DNA of 63,250 bases, the filler included. It is 11 parts of 11 records of this genome, joined end to end, with 100 filler letters (N's around TTAATTAATTAA, not from the genome) between each part and the next. Parts side by side here need not be neighbours in the genome. Positions count along the whole stretch, not along the records: positions 10,412 to 15,974 come from SRR15195285_433; positions 16,075 to 23,500 come from SRR15195285_437; positions 23,601 to 30,283 come from SRR15195285_438; 8 more parts are not named here. One strand, written 5' to 3'. Below are positions 11,036 through 23,827 of this stretch, in pieces (positions within the stretch are counted from its first letter, which is position 1; each line of letters opens with the position of its first letter). The position numbers and the translations under genes were made by a program. The notes below the pieces were generated by a model that saw only the letters and a program-made list of their open reading frames with translations, had not been told where the DNA came from and searched no databases.

Positions 11036-14000
11036 ATGTGGTCCGTGCTGGTGAGTGCTGCCATGGCACTCGCCGTTGCTGAGGCAACGTCGGCACGAGT
11101 GCGGCTTGGGGCATCGCCCACCGTGACAGTGAGCACGGGTGCTGGCCAGCACTTCACGCTGGAGGCAGTCGGGCCAGCGTTCCGTGTCGGCGTCTCTACG
11201 TCCGGTGCAGCACGCGCCAGTAGCGCGATGGCGCTGTCCACGCTCATGCTCCCAGAGAGTAGGGCTGACCAAGCAGCCAACGTCACGATCGAGCACTGGC
11301 CTGCCAGTACGGAGCTTGGCTCTGGGATAGGGCTGCGCGCCAGCTTTGGCGCAATTTACCTAGCCAACCGCACTTCGACGAAGGAGACCGTTCTCGTGCT
11401 CCTCGGCGCTTCTGGAAGTGAGATCACCCGAGGGGCGCTGGCTGCACGTACTGAGCCGCCTGCGTTGGGTATGAAGGCACAGGCGCCTTCGTGCGAGATC
11501 GCTGGCACGCCCAACACTGACAAGGTGAACGGGGACCGCCTCAAGGCCTCTGTCGAAGACCTGAAGTCGGACTGCTGTGCAGCCTGCACGGCTTTCGCAG
11601 GCTGCAGCGCGTGGATCTTTGCAACCGATGTGCCGGCAGGTGCTGACAACTGCTGGCTTATGGATGGCGTCACCAAGACAAAGACAGCTGCGGGGCGAAT
11701 CTTTGGGAAGGTCGGTGGGGCCACCAGTCGCGGACTGCAGCTCAAGCTCAGCGCATCGCCCGATGCCAAGAGTTATGGCTTCGGTGGCGCTGACCAGGAG
11801 CCCGGTGTCGATGGGGATCCATTTGCTGCGACGGCTGTGCAGCCGATTGTCGGCAATCGTGTGTGGCGTACACCATCCTACTGGGCGACCGAAGGGTACG
11901 CAGTTCTGGGTGTTGCATCGACCAGCCACGCCGCCGGCAATCTCGCTGGCTACGGTGCGAGTTGGCAACGTTCGAATAACTTCATCACATGGGATATCGA
12001 GGGGACACGTGGCGATCTGTACCTCGCGCCTGCAGCTACTCTCCCACAAGGAGTGTCTGCAATTGCTGAGCTGACAGGACCGGCGGCTGTACCACCAGCA
12101 TGGGCTTTTGGGTTTCTTGCGTGTCGGTGGGGGTGGGACAATCGCTCATATATCGAACAGACGCTGCACAAGTTCCGGTGCGTCCACTGCAACTACTCTC
12201 ATTACAGTGCTTTCCGTACCTCTCCAAACTACGCAGGGTCTAGCGGTCTGATCACGGCAGCGGCAGACCTGCCCTTCTATTCACACATGTGCCGGACTCT
12301 GCTTCAGGGACGGTCGCTTTCCACTGGATGCATTCATTTCGGATTATGGATGGTTTACCAATGTCCCAAATGCTCCTACTCAGGATGACTTTGGCTACAA
12401 CCCATCGACATTTCCAGAGCCCACGGCGCAGCTTGCGAGCTATCACGCTGATCTGCACGTCAAATTTGGTGGCATCCGCAAACCGCGGATTGCCAATGCT
12501 TCCATGTTGGCAGAGGTGAATGCCTCCGGGTTCCTGCTAGATGGCGCTTCCAATAATTTGAATTTCTCAATCCCGAAAGCACGAGAATGGTATGCAGAGA
12601 AGCAGGCGCACTACCTTCAAGCGGGAGTATGTTCTCCGACCAATGCTCCTTGCAAATCGCATCGCAACTGCTTGATCATACTAGTGTGCAATTGCTCCTG
12701 ACCAATGCTGCCAAATGGAGCAGGTAGACTTTTGGTGGAATGATGAGGGAGAGACTCAATATGAGACGTAATCGACCCGTTTGCTAGAACTGGACCATTG
12801 TTGTAGCTGTATTGTAGTTGTCCTGACATTGCCTTACGGAATTGTGTCTGTGATGTCCAGGTATCATCTCTGGAATATCGCACATCAGGCTGCATTGACT
12901 GCACATGATCCGACACGACGCCTCTTCACTCTGAATCGGGCCTACACGCCTGGGATTGGCCGTATGGGTGTAGGTATATGGACGGGTGATATTTCGGTGT
13001 CGTGGGCTGCTTTCCAACGGACGCCAGCCACGATCCTACGCTGGGGTCTCGCTGGGGCGTTCTTTGTGGCGTGTGATACGGGTGGGTTTGAAGGAAGTGC
13101 CACCCCACCAGACTTGCTTTCGCGCTGGTACCAGCTGTCGAGTGTGCTTCCGATTATGCGGGTGCACTCCCGTGTTCAGAATCCACCACACTGGCCGTGG
13201 CTGTATGGTGCGGCGGCAGAAAAACCGATGCGAGCCGCGCTGATGTTGCGTTACGCTCTCCTACCAATGATTTACAGTCTTGCTCATCACGCACGAGAGG
13301 TCGGAGCACCGCTCGTGCGACCACTAATGTACGAATTCCCGAACCAGGAGCAACTTGCACACGTCAGTGATCAGTTCACCCTGGGCACGTCGCTGCTCGC
13401 GGCTCCAGTGCTGGTGCAGAATGCCACTACCCGTACAGTTGTTCTACCAGGACTAGATGCGGGTACATCTCTCGAATTTCAAAACCAGACCTTACCTTCG
13501 TGGTTTGCCTTCAATTCTACCAAGACTCATGCCGGGCAGCAAAATCTCAGTCTGTCTGGACTGACGTTGAGCGATTTCCCTCTGTTTGTACGTGGTGGTT
13601 CGATCTTGCCGCTGGCACCAGTCGGTGCTCAGTACGTCGCCGAGAGCCAAACCATGGGTCCACTTGAGGTTCACATATACAGTGGTGCCAATACTCAGTT
13701 CGTTGTTGTCGAAGACGATGGAGAATCAACAGGCTATGCAACAGCAACAAAGGCGGTGCGTGAGATTGTCATTTGTTGTGATTCTAGTGCCCTGTTGTTT
13801 TTGCAATGATTGTGCATGTCTTGCAAAAATGGCTCCAAGTCACAAGAAGGCTGACTCGAAAGTGTAATTGGCGTAGGCGGTGAAACGGACTGTTTTACGT
13901 TGGGATGAGTCCTCACGCACACTAGAATGGAAAGCGACTGGAGACTACAGAGGCATCACAACGTATAAGCAGCTTAAGGTGGTGCTTTGGCTTCCTCAGG

Positions 14001-14062
14001 CGCCAGCTGCGATTGTGTCGGCCTCAGCTGAGATAGGTATGGGTGGAAGGCTGCAGATGTGA
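11036..14062 (+). CDS. Secreted glycoside hydrolase family 31 (alpha-glucosidase/xylosidase-like) with an inserted PAN/apple-like module
   Basis: Exons 11036-12177, 12308-12626, 12724-12767, 12861-13755, 13877-14062. Motifs PPAWAFGFLACRWGW, FPLDAFISD, nucleophile region DFWWNDEGE, WTGD, acid/base CDTGGF, MRVHS, PLVRPL, EDDGES. Confidence 0.9.
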
Positions 14063-14208
14063 GCATCATTGGTCCTCAATTACCAATTATAATTCCGGAT
14101 TACTTTTCTACGAATTTAATGAGGCCATTATCGCTATCCTATCTATGTATAGTTCGTTGCCCAACGCTCTAGTACTGGGACGCGCAGAGAGGTGCGCTCC
14201 CAGCTTGA

Positions 14209-15756
14209 TTATTTTTCCTCGTGATCTTCTTCGCACGGGAAGGCAATGCTCTCCGGCATGCGAAAGGCAATCCATGCGAGGAAGGCAGTGATCATCGCAC
14301 AGCCATAGAAACTCAGACTGTGGTCAAGCGGCCACCCCAGACCGTTTGTAATTGACCATGCAAAGAGAGGGCCGCCAATTGCGGGACCGGTCATCTTACC
14401 GAACCCTGAGACAGCCATACTAAAGCCATTGAACACACCGCGCCGACCTGCGGGCACAGAGTTGTTGAGGACTAGGTTCATGTTTGTAAAGGACATTTCA
14501 GCCAATGCCTTCCTCAGCGCGAACATCGTTGCGACGTAGCCATACCTGCAACATCAAGCATCAGAGCGAGCGTTTGTGCAATGCGCATACAAAGCAGCGA
14601 GTGATAAGACTTGCACGTCGTACTGGATTGCTGGATCGGCCGAGAGCGGAAAGCGAGACGCCGTAGCCAGAGGAATCGCACACCAGAAGGGCAGCTGCAG
14701 ACAAACGAGGCGTCTCAATAAACCTAGTGTCCCATACATCCGATTAGCCGACGGATAGATCAGAACCTGAAAAACTATCAGCGAGCCACCAGTTACTGCC
14801 AGCACAGAACCAATCTGCGATGTGTTGTAGCCAAGCCCGCCGGCTGAAACAGGCGCGGAGGCCCAGAGGCTAAGCAGCATCGGATCAAAAAATTCGACAA
14901 ACATGGCCACTGTGTAGAAACTGATGCTAAGTTTTGGCTTCTCATCGAGGCAAAACTGGCATTTGTTTGACACGGTAGTTTGGGGAGCCGACTTGGAGTT
15001 GACACCAGAATTCACAACATCACTCAGTAAACTTTCGTTTTCAGAATCACTGTCGTTCGACTCCGCGGGTATCTCAGGCTGCTGGCCTTTGCCACCGCCA
15101 CACATAGGCTTTGCTCCTCCTGGTAGTGACTCTGGGAGCGTTTGCAGCAATAGCGCTCCTATGCTACAGAGGCCCGCAGTCACGAGGTTTGGCAGTGCGT
15201 ACGGATATCTCCCAAGTAGGCTATCTGCAGCGATCCACTCCGGATACTTGTCGGCCGGCCGCGCCAGTAGACCGCCAAACGTCGGACCCACAATCACAGC
15301 GATGCCCCAGCACGCCCCTAGGTAGCTCATAGCCCGGGGTTGGTGGTACGGTTCGATGAGTTCCGTGAGCATCATCTTGGCTGTACCGAGCATGAAGTCA
15401 CACAGGCCGTTGAGCAGGCGGATCCCTACTGCCAACCAGTAAACCTCACAGAACCCGAACGCCAGCGCCGTAATGCCGGTCATGACTACGCTAATCGTGG
15501 CCACCGGCTTTCGACCGTACCTGTCTGCGGCCCAGCCCCACGCGATAGACGTGACGACTCTCCCGAGTTGCTGCGCGGACGTCAGGTACCCAGCAAAGTA
15601 CCCCGGCTTTCGTGGGTCTTCCACCATTCCCAAATCTTCAACCAGTCTCGGGATGAACGGGAACACGACCGTCATGTTGAAGGCACACCCGAACATGCCA
15701 AGGCAACACACAGCGGTTGTGTAGTATGGAAACGGACCCGTCGGCTCGTCGCGCAT
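14209..15756 (-). CDS. MFS transporter, ZIFL/DHA1-like
   Basis: Exons 15756-14624 and 14545-14209 (intron 14623-14546). MFS motif A WGWAADRYGRKP, GPTFGGLLARP, GPAIGGPLFAWS; about 12 hydrophobic segments. Confidence 0.88.
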
Positions 15757-16694
15757 CCCTGCACCCGGCAGCTGCGTGCCCTCGGGCGTACACAGCGCGC
15801 AGCGCGCTGCCAGGCCGCAAGTAGCGTGACGGAACGGAGTCGCGCGCGCGCCACGCACACCCGCCCGGTCCCCGGCACACACACACCTATAGCAGAGGTC
15901 TATCGGGCCGAATGGGCTATTTCTAGCCCCGCTAAGCTACCAAGGGGGGGAGAGGCTAGGCGCTAGCCCAGCATNNNNNNNNNNNNNNNNNNNNNNNNNN
16001 NNNNNNNNNNNNNNNNNNTTAATTAATTAANNNNNNNNNNNNNNNNNNNNNNNNNNNNNNNNNNNNNNNNNNNNCGAGAAATCACTGGGGGAAGGAGCTT
16101 CTGACAAATGTCTCTTGGACAAAACTCGTGGAACTCTCGTTTGGGAAAAGGAGGACGCTGCTCCTGATCTTGTCACCGAGAGCCCAACCGGTAAAGCAAC
16201 GGTATCAGTTCACGATTGGTTTTGACAGTGTTGCGCAGCACCGTGACGTGTGAAAAATTGCACGGTCCAGCTTGCTGAGAAATGAGTCTCCCGGCTCGCA
16301 GAATTCTCAGCATACGGTATTGTCTGCGCGCGCTGAAGAACCTTCGTTTCCGCGTCGAATTCCCGCGGAATCGTGAGGTACCTGCCCGTAAATGCAGGCA
16401 GCTGGACTCGTGGACTGGGAGGACTGCCGTGGAGGCGGGACTCAGGGCACAGGGGTCAGGGATCGCGGCGCAGGGAGCCTGCCTCACTGCCTGCCTGAAC
16501 AGTCGCGACTCACACGCGCGCACGCCGGCCCGCATCCAGTGCAGCAGCACTGCGTGGCAGCGAGGCGTGGCTCCGTCCTGCCGCCCACCTGAGCTGCGTG
16601 GCGGTGGCGCTCCGTCCCGGGAGCTCCGGCACTGACGAGGCTGCCACTGACGGGACACTGCGCGAGCCGGTGCTCCTCACTCAGCACACGCACG

Positions 16695-18336
16695 ATGAAT
16701 GGCGCAGACCTGCTGGGCCACGCCCGCACTGCTGGCAAGCTCGGGCCAGCAGGCGCAGTGCACAGGGCCACGATTGGCGGCGAGCGCTACGTGCTGCTCA
16801 TGAACGCGCAGGGCCGCTACCTCTCGGTCACTGCGGCACCCAATAATGATGCCGCGCAGGGCCGTGCTCTCACGACAACGCCTCACGCCAGCGACGAAGC
16901 TTGCTGGCTGCTGCGTACCGAGCACAGGGCGAGCGGCGTGGCGTCGGCTGCGCCGAGCAAGCCACCAACGAAAAAATGGATGAGGATGCGGCAGGCGACG
17001 GCGTCACCGGGCACGACCGTACCTCCACGGGCAATGGCTCAACCGCAAGCACCATCGTGGTCGTCAACCATCGGCGAGGTCACGTTTCACCACCAACTAA
17101 CGGGGACTGTGCTACACTCGTCTCCCACTGAGGCCTCGGTGCCGAAGGTTTCCAGCGAAGGCGTAGTGAACACTCCAGGGATTGGCGAAGCAGTGACCCT
17201 GTCAACGAGCGCTGGCAACCTTGACTCGGACGGCGGGCGTGTCGACTCTGGTTCCGCTGCCGCCACCTTCCAGCTATTGCACGGGCCGGATCGGCTACCG
17301 AGCGAGTACTTCGCGCAAATGCGCGAGACGGGTTACTGTGCCATGCCCCGTCTGATTGCACCGTCGGCGTTAGCCGAACTGCGCCATGCATACGGCCTTG
17401 ACGGCACTGTGCCTGACCAGCGACAGCAGGGCCCAGCCTCTACTGTGTCTGTAAAAGTACTGACACATCCAATCGTCAGCTGGCTCGCTCACCAGTACAT
17501 GCGAACCTCTGAGCTCCGGGTTGGTGCAGGGCCGTCGCTCGTAACTCTGCATCCCGGCCAAAACGCAGAAGGCGTGGGAGGGTGGCACTCTGATTATCCG
17601 TGCGTGTTTTTCCGGTACACGCAAAACGTTCACATCGATTCCGCTGTATGCTGCTGTGGCACCGCCACCGAGCTAACTGCATCTGGTCCGGACTCGCAGG
17701 TATGCCGCATCGCACACATTTTCAGATCAGTATCCGTACCTGGCGTGGGGACGTTATCCAGACGCGGAACAGCCAGGGTCGGGAGCACTTGGCCTGCTCT
17801 GCAACATCTGCATAGACGATTTCACAGCGCAGAATGGCGCCACCATGTTTGCGTTGGGCTCAGTAAGTGAGGGCACGGCGCCACCCAGCGAGTGGGAAGG
17901 ACTGTCGATGCTCGAAGAGGTCCCCGCAGGCGGACCTTGCGACCGCGGAGCAGATCGCAAAGCCGAGCAGTTGGTAGCCCCGGCGGGCACCGTCATACTC
18001 TACGACTGTCGAACGTGGCACCGGCAGCATGCAAACCTTTCGAGACAATCACGCTCATGCCTGCTGACAATCTTCACCCCTCGGTGGGTCCTGCCGGCCC
18101 ATGGAGACCAGACCGGGATGCGGGATGCGATGCTGTCCGCACCGGGAGTGACGGCGAGAGAGACGGAGCGCCTGATCCACCTGCTAGGGGACCAAAACGC
18201 GGACGTGGAAAATTGGCCAGTGGTAAGGCCGATTCTTCCAGATGCGCACGGGGCCAGCGCGGGAAATGGCAGCATTGCCCCTGACCAAGAGGAGCTGACA
18301 GAGACCAGTGCACGGAGACAGGCAAGCAAACTGTAA
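16695..18336 (+). CDS. Phytanoyl-CoA dioxygenase (PhyH) family 2OG-Fe(II) oxygenase with peroxisomal PTS1
   Basis: Intron 17600-17699 joins GGWHSDYP to IDDFTAQNGAT...APAGTVILYDCRTWHR (HxD...H triad); C-terminal SKL. Start codon uncertain. Confidence 0.8.
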
Positions 18337-18403
18337 ACGAAACGTCCAGCATCGTAATATTAAGGCTATGCTTGCGCCGGGAGGCAACAAACCCTGAGAG
18401 ACC

Positions 18404-19637
18404 CTAACTCCAGCCACCGATGGAGCACACGCCGTGCGCTGCAGCTTCTGGTGTACACTTGTCTACGGGATTCTGCCCAAACTCTCGATCCCACATATCG
18501 TAGCACTGAGGATCGCAGCACACGGGTACGGTCGATCCATTTCACTGCGATGCCGCAAACGGTTTGCAGGGGCGGGATATTAAGGACGGTTTTGCAACGC
18601 ACCTTGCTGATTGATCTGCAGTTGGTTTTCGAGATTGGAGGCGCCGCGCCCGGCCACTTCTTTGTGATGTCTGGTGCGGGATTCTCGCATTTATGCACGA
18701 GCTCGTTGTACACCTGCCGGTAGTTGTACCTATCTACTCGCCGAGCCGCTAGACCGATGGTATCGCTGTCGAGGTTGTCCGTCTGGTGCCACCAGCCAGT
18801 TGGGTAGTACAGCACCTCGCCCGGGTACGCAATCGTCCGCGTGCACTTGGCCTTGGCAAAGCGCGGAAAGCGCTTCAGGTCAACGTCGTACGCATCGATA
18901 TCACCCGGATTGTACAGCTTATCGCGCTGATCTGGGCCGCAGACCGTCCAGCGCTTCCGGCCGACCACCTGCACCTGGTATGTCGCCGTCGCAATGCCAT
19001 CGGGGTGGAAGAACATCCCGGAACCGTTCTTGCCCATGACTAGCACCTTCCAGTGGCAGTGCCGCAGCCAATTGTCGGCTGGCCATTCTTCCGGTGACCG
19101 GGCTGGAAGACAAGTCTTCATCCAGGCCTCGTCGACCGTGAACCACTGCGGCAGCGCCTCCAGCGTCGACTTCAGCCTTCGCCAGCTGCCCATGTTCAGA
19201 CGCCACTGAAGGTATGGAGTATCGCGCCGCGCCTCCCAGGCGGGCGAGCCTGCAGCCGCCCAGTCGGGGCCGACGTCCCTCATGGTGCGCAGGAATGGTT
19301 TGTTGTTGATATCCAGCATCCCCTCGCGGTAGTAGTCCACGATCTCATCGCCAAATTTCTCGCCGAACCACTTGACGGACCAGAGCTCCTCCGCGCTGCC
19401 GAGCCCCGAGGAGTTGTTCTCGTTGAGCGAGAGCACGAAGGGCAGGTTCCCGCCGTAGTAGACGCTGCTTGGGTCGCTCAGCTCCGCCGCGCTGATCCTC
19501 GGCAGCTCCGGCATCCTGCTGCCGTACTTCTGCTCGTACTTCTTGGAGCCTGGGTTCCGGCCACCGCTGACCACATCGCCGAGCAGCAGCAGAAGCAGCA
19601 GACGCGGCAGCGGCAAGAGTGACAGCAACGGCCCCAT
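18404..19637 (-). CDS. Secreted/ER JmjC-domain (cupin-like) 2OG oxygenase
   Basis: Exons 19637-18603 and 18505-18404. Signal peptide; GSGMFFHPD, GRKRW, PGEVLYYPTGWWHQTDNL. Confidence 0.85.
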
Positions 19638-20219
19638 CGACCGTGCTCCCGCCGTCCCCACGCGCCGGATCTACAATCTTTAATATTAATGCATAGAACT
19701 CACTGATAAATGACGCCGACACTCCGCGCACCGCCCCGAGCCCAGTTTGTTTCGCATACAGTACCAGAACCTGACGTTAGGTTTGGTAAAAAACATTCCG
19801 AATTAGAACTGCGACGTGCGAGATTTCCGATAAGAAATCGTGTTTCTGTAGACTACGGTACCTCTCCGAGAGTTGGAACAGAATCCTGCTTCCTGGGAGT
19901 AGGATCCTACCGGTACAGTACTATTTTCCAGTACACACTGCGCAACATTGTAAAGAAAAGTACACCGGCGCTTGATTTTGCAGAATGAGAATCGACCTGA
20001 ATCGCGCTGGTCCACACGTGGCGCTGGCGTTGCGCTGCTGGAGGCCTCCCCTCCCCCCGGGCTGTCTGTCTGGCTCTCTCTCTCTCTCGCTGTATCCCGC
20101 GATACTATATAGAATAGTAGATTGGATATACGTCCGCCCTACTCGATTGATAGAGGCGGTTCGTTCCGGAGAGGCGGTTTGGAGGGTGCGGACGGCTGAC
20201 GCTGAGCTGGCTGCCCGAG

Positions 20220-23200
20220 ATGTCCACGGTCGCCGAGCTGGACACGATCCTGGCGCGGCTGGCGGGGATGGACGATGAGAAGCTGGAGGCACCGCTGGCG
20301 AAGCTTCTGCCGCGGCTGCTGAGCCCGACGATGGTGGGGGCGCAGGACGCCGCGCTGCGCGGCAAGGTCATCCAGATCCTCACGCACTGCAACAAAAGAA
20401 TCAAGGCGGCGCCGAAGCTCCAGCTGCCCGTGGCAGGTGGGTCCGCCCTTGCAAGGCAGCACGCGCCCACCCCTCGTCCTCCTGCTGCTGACACGCGCGG
20501 CGCGTGGTGCAGCTCTCCTGAGCACGTATGCACAGCACGCGAACCCGAAGGCCTTAGAGAACAATTTCATCATCATGTACCTCGACTTTGGGGTGCCGCG
20601 GTTGGCGCCAGAAGCCAAGGGGCCGCTGTTCGGCCAGCTGATGTGTCAGATTGCGGCGCGACCAGCTGCACAGCAAGCTACACTGCACCGCCTGCTGCTG
20701 AATGTCGCGCCACACTTTGCACTGCCCACCGAGGAGAAAGCCCGCGCTGATGCAGTCGCTTTCTTTGGTGACCATGCAGCCGACCTGGCGTACGTGATCG
20801 AATTTTTCACGGACGTGATGGTGAGTGCCTGCAAGCGCAATCTGTTGTTCCATAGAGCGAATTCTGACCGTGGCTGTACGACTTGCTCGCAGCTGTACTT
20901 TCCTCTAGCAGCAGCCCCGGCAGAGCAAGCTGCCGCGCCAGTGGCATCAGTCCAAGCGGCTGCGAACTTTCAAGATCAGGCCCGTGCTGCAGCTGTCGCC
21001 ATGAGGCGTGGTCCGCAGTCACCAGAGCAGATCCAGGCAGCCGAGGCAGCCCAGGCTGCACAGGAAGCGGCAAGAACACTGACTCCTGGGCTGTCATCTG
21101 ACCGAGCTAGGCGCGTCGAGGGCAAAGCCGCCCCGGAGCCGGCGCAGCTGACACTGCATAAACAGGCAGTGTTGCATGCAGTCAAGGGATTTGAAGGCAG
21201 CGATGCACTTAGCACGGCACAGCTGCTGCCCCTGCTGCTCATAGGCACGTGCGACTTCAACGACGAGGTCTGCCGCAAGGCTGACGACCAGCTTCGCGGG
21301 CTGGCAGTCGACATGGATGACGCAGACGTGCTCAAGGCTATGTTTGTCTTGATTACAGGCACCCCAAAACATTTAGTACCGAAGACCACTGCTGGTCAGC
21401 GAGTCATACCTGCGCGCGCAACTCTGCGAGCCAAGGTCATGCAAAAGCTCCTTCTATCCATGGAGGCAACCAATTCGTTCCCCGGTAATCTCGAAGTTAT
21501 TGTCGGGTGTCTTTTCCATACACAACCGGGAGAAACCGGCGATTCGCTGTTGCGCGTCCGCGTGTTGGGCATGGAATTTGCGAGATGGGTGATCAAGCAC
21601 TCGAGTGATGCGAAGCTGTTTCTTATCGCATCTGTGCTACACACCAGTCTGCTCAAGGTGATTCAACAGGGAGTTGCCGTGCCGCTGGCAACGGAAGGGG
21701 CCGCTCCCCGCGGAGGCAGTGGCTCCCTCGTGAACACAGTCAGAGGGCTAGCCTTTCACGCTTTGGCTGAGCTAGCCGTTCGCAAGCCTAGCCTAGTGAA
21801 CACTGATGCATCACTAGTGCGATTGTTCTTTAAGATCCTGGGCAATGAGGACGAAGATGATGTTGTGCGTAGCTATGTGCGCGAGGCGCTGACTGCACTC
21901 ATTGTTGTGTACTCTCAAGCATCTACAGAAGTCCTTCAGGCGATACAAGACCTGCTGGAGCAGACGTTTATGCGCACGGGGGACTCGAACGCACGTTTTA
22001 CTGTCGTGCATTGGACGAACCAGCTTTTCCCTTTCGATCACATCTCATCACGGCATATCAACCTGATGGCTGTCGGAGATTCCCAGGACGACGTTGCCGA
22101 AGAAGCGCGGTTTGGCCTCAGCCCGGAGCATCATGTAAGCCAAGGTGGACTGCGTGCTTCCGCTCCGTTGGGTCCTGGGCGAAAAGTAAAGATGCCAGCG
22201 CACCCAGCATTCTCGCAGATGGCATTGGCCATTGTGGACCACACTCCTGATCTTATGCGACCACAGGACGCTGAGCACTTGCCGTTCCAAGCTATTGTAT
22301 GCACATCAATGCTAGCGTTCCTGCGTTCATGCCTGGAGTCTGACAAGAAGTCTGCAGCGATGAGCCTTACAGATCTGATGCTGAAGCTTCTCGAGGAAGA
22401 GCCGTCTTCACTAGACGCATACGAAGCGCTGCTCCGAAGTCTGTTTGTTGCCTCTGCGGATTCAAAGCTCCAGATGACTGTATCGTTGGCGCTGGATGAG
22501 TACCTCTCCGCGCTACCTGCCGAGTGCGCTAGGCGGACACAATTTGCCGAACCTGCAGTCGCAAGCTGGTTGCGCAGGTGGGTGCTGCATACTGCAGATG
22601 AGAAGACCCAAGAAGCACTTGCGCTGGCTCTTGGTGCTTCAGCTCATGGTGCTGGCGAAGAAGCAGTGGACCGCTTGGCGCAAGGACTCTTGAAAGTTGC
22701 TGTCAATGAGTCAGAAGGGATTGGCGAGCGGTATGGTGCCATAATCTCGGTCGGAGTCCTCCTCAGCCAAGTAAAAGATAAGACCGCGGAAGGCAAAGAT
22801 CGATTCTTGCTTGCACCAGAGCGCCGCAGTACACTTGCTGTAGGACTTTTTGAAGCATTAGTCACTGAGAAACACGAGGCAGTCCGTCGAGCCCTGTGCA
22901 TTGCCGTCGGAAGCGCTGGCCAGGTTGATTCCCTTCCGCTTCCGCCCGGCGAGTTCCCTGCTGTTGACAGTGAGGACTCAAGCGCTGTTGGTTCGGAGCC
23001 GGAACCGTCTGAAACTGAGACCGAGCCAGCAGCTCCAACTCGTTACGGGGTCATTTGCTGTCTCGTCAAAATCCTCGAAGATCCAAAGGCCAAAGGTAAA
23101 TTGGCCATGCTTGCTGCTACAACCCTTGGGCAGCTCTGTCTTGGAGACCGGTGTGTTCAAGCGCTGAGCATGTGCAAACATGCTCTATTGCGCACCCCCA

Positions 23201-23500
23201 AAACCATGCAGGGTGTTGGTGATGCTGGATATGAATCGCAGTTTGTAGTCGGCAAAGCGCTTGTGTGTGTCGCATCAGCACAGAAAGCTGCTGCCCCAGG
23301 TGATTCTGAGCTAACTACTACAGACGCCGTCGCCGACACCACAGCAGTCGAAAATGACTGCACGGATTCTCTGGTATCAGTAGTATTTGAAAGATTGGCT
23401 GCTGTTGACGAACTCAAGCAGCGTGGTGCTGCTTGTATCTGGCTGTTCTGTTTGGTCGATTATCTTGGGAGCCACCCAGCAGTTCGCTCTCGCCTCATAG
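20220..23500 (+). CDS. ECM29: Proteasome adaptor ECM29 (HEAT repeats), 3' truncated
   Basis: N-terminus LARLAGMDDEKLE...RGKVIQILTHCNKRIKAAPKLQLPV, NFIIMYLDFGVPRL, FPFDHISSRHI. Introns 20437-20512 and 20821-20892 (in frame). Confidence 0.85.
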
Positions 23501-23827
23501 NNNNNNNNNNNNNNNNNNNNNNNNNNNNNNNNNNNNNNNNNNNNTTAATTAATTAANNNNNNNNNNNNNNNNNNNNNNNNNNNNNNNNNNNNNNNNNNNN
23601 GGGAGAGGGTTGGTGGGGAGAGCGTGTGTGGCGTTGAGGTGGCCCATCCCGGGTGGGGAGTGTGTCTGTCCCAACACCGGAAGCACGGCTTCCTCGCAGC
23701 TCCTGCTGCTGGCGCTCGCTGTCGCAGCCTCGGAGTTGGTGGCGGTTCGCGTGTGGCGAGCGGGGTGTCCGTTGGGGGGCGGGGAAAGAGGAGGTGGGGT
23801 GAGGCGGAGCAGCTGACGGGAAGCGTC

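Noticed and set aside
11561-11580. LKSDC in GH31 (and QRSDD near 50323) as further LKTDD linkers
   Set aside because: LKSDC lies inside the PAN-like module; QRSDD overlaps the DWLL segment. Neither is clearly at a module boundary.
14546-14614. GC-AG donor (GCAAGT) for the MFS intron
   Set aside because: A canonical GT donor at 14623 in the same phase explains the splice.
16392-16695. TGA read-through joining ORF 16392-16592 to the PhyH ORF
   Set aside because: Same frame, but the intervening translation looks non-coding and there is no Sec context.
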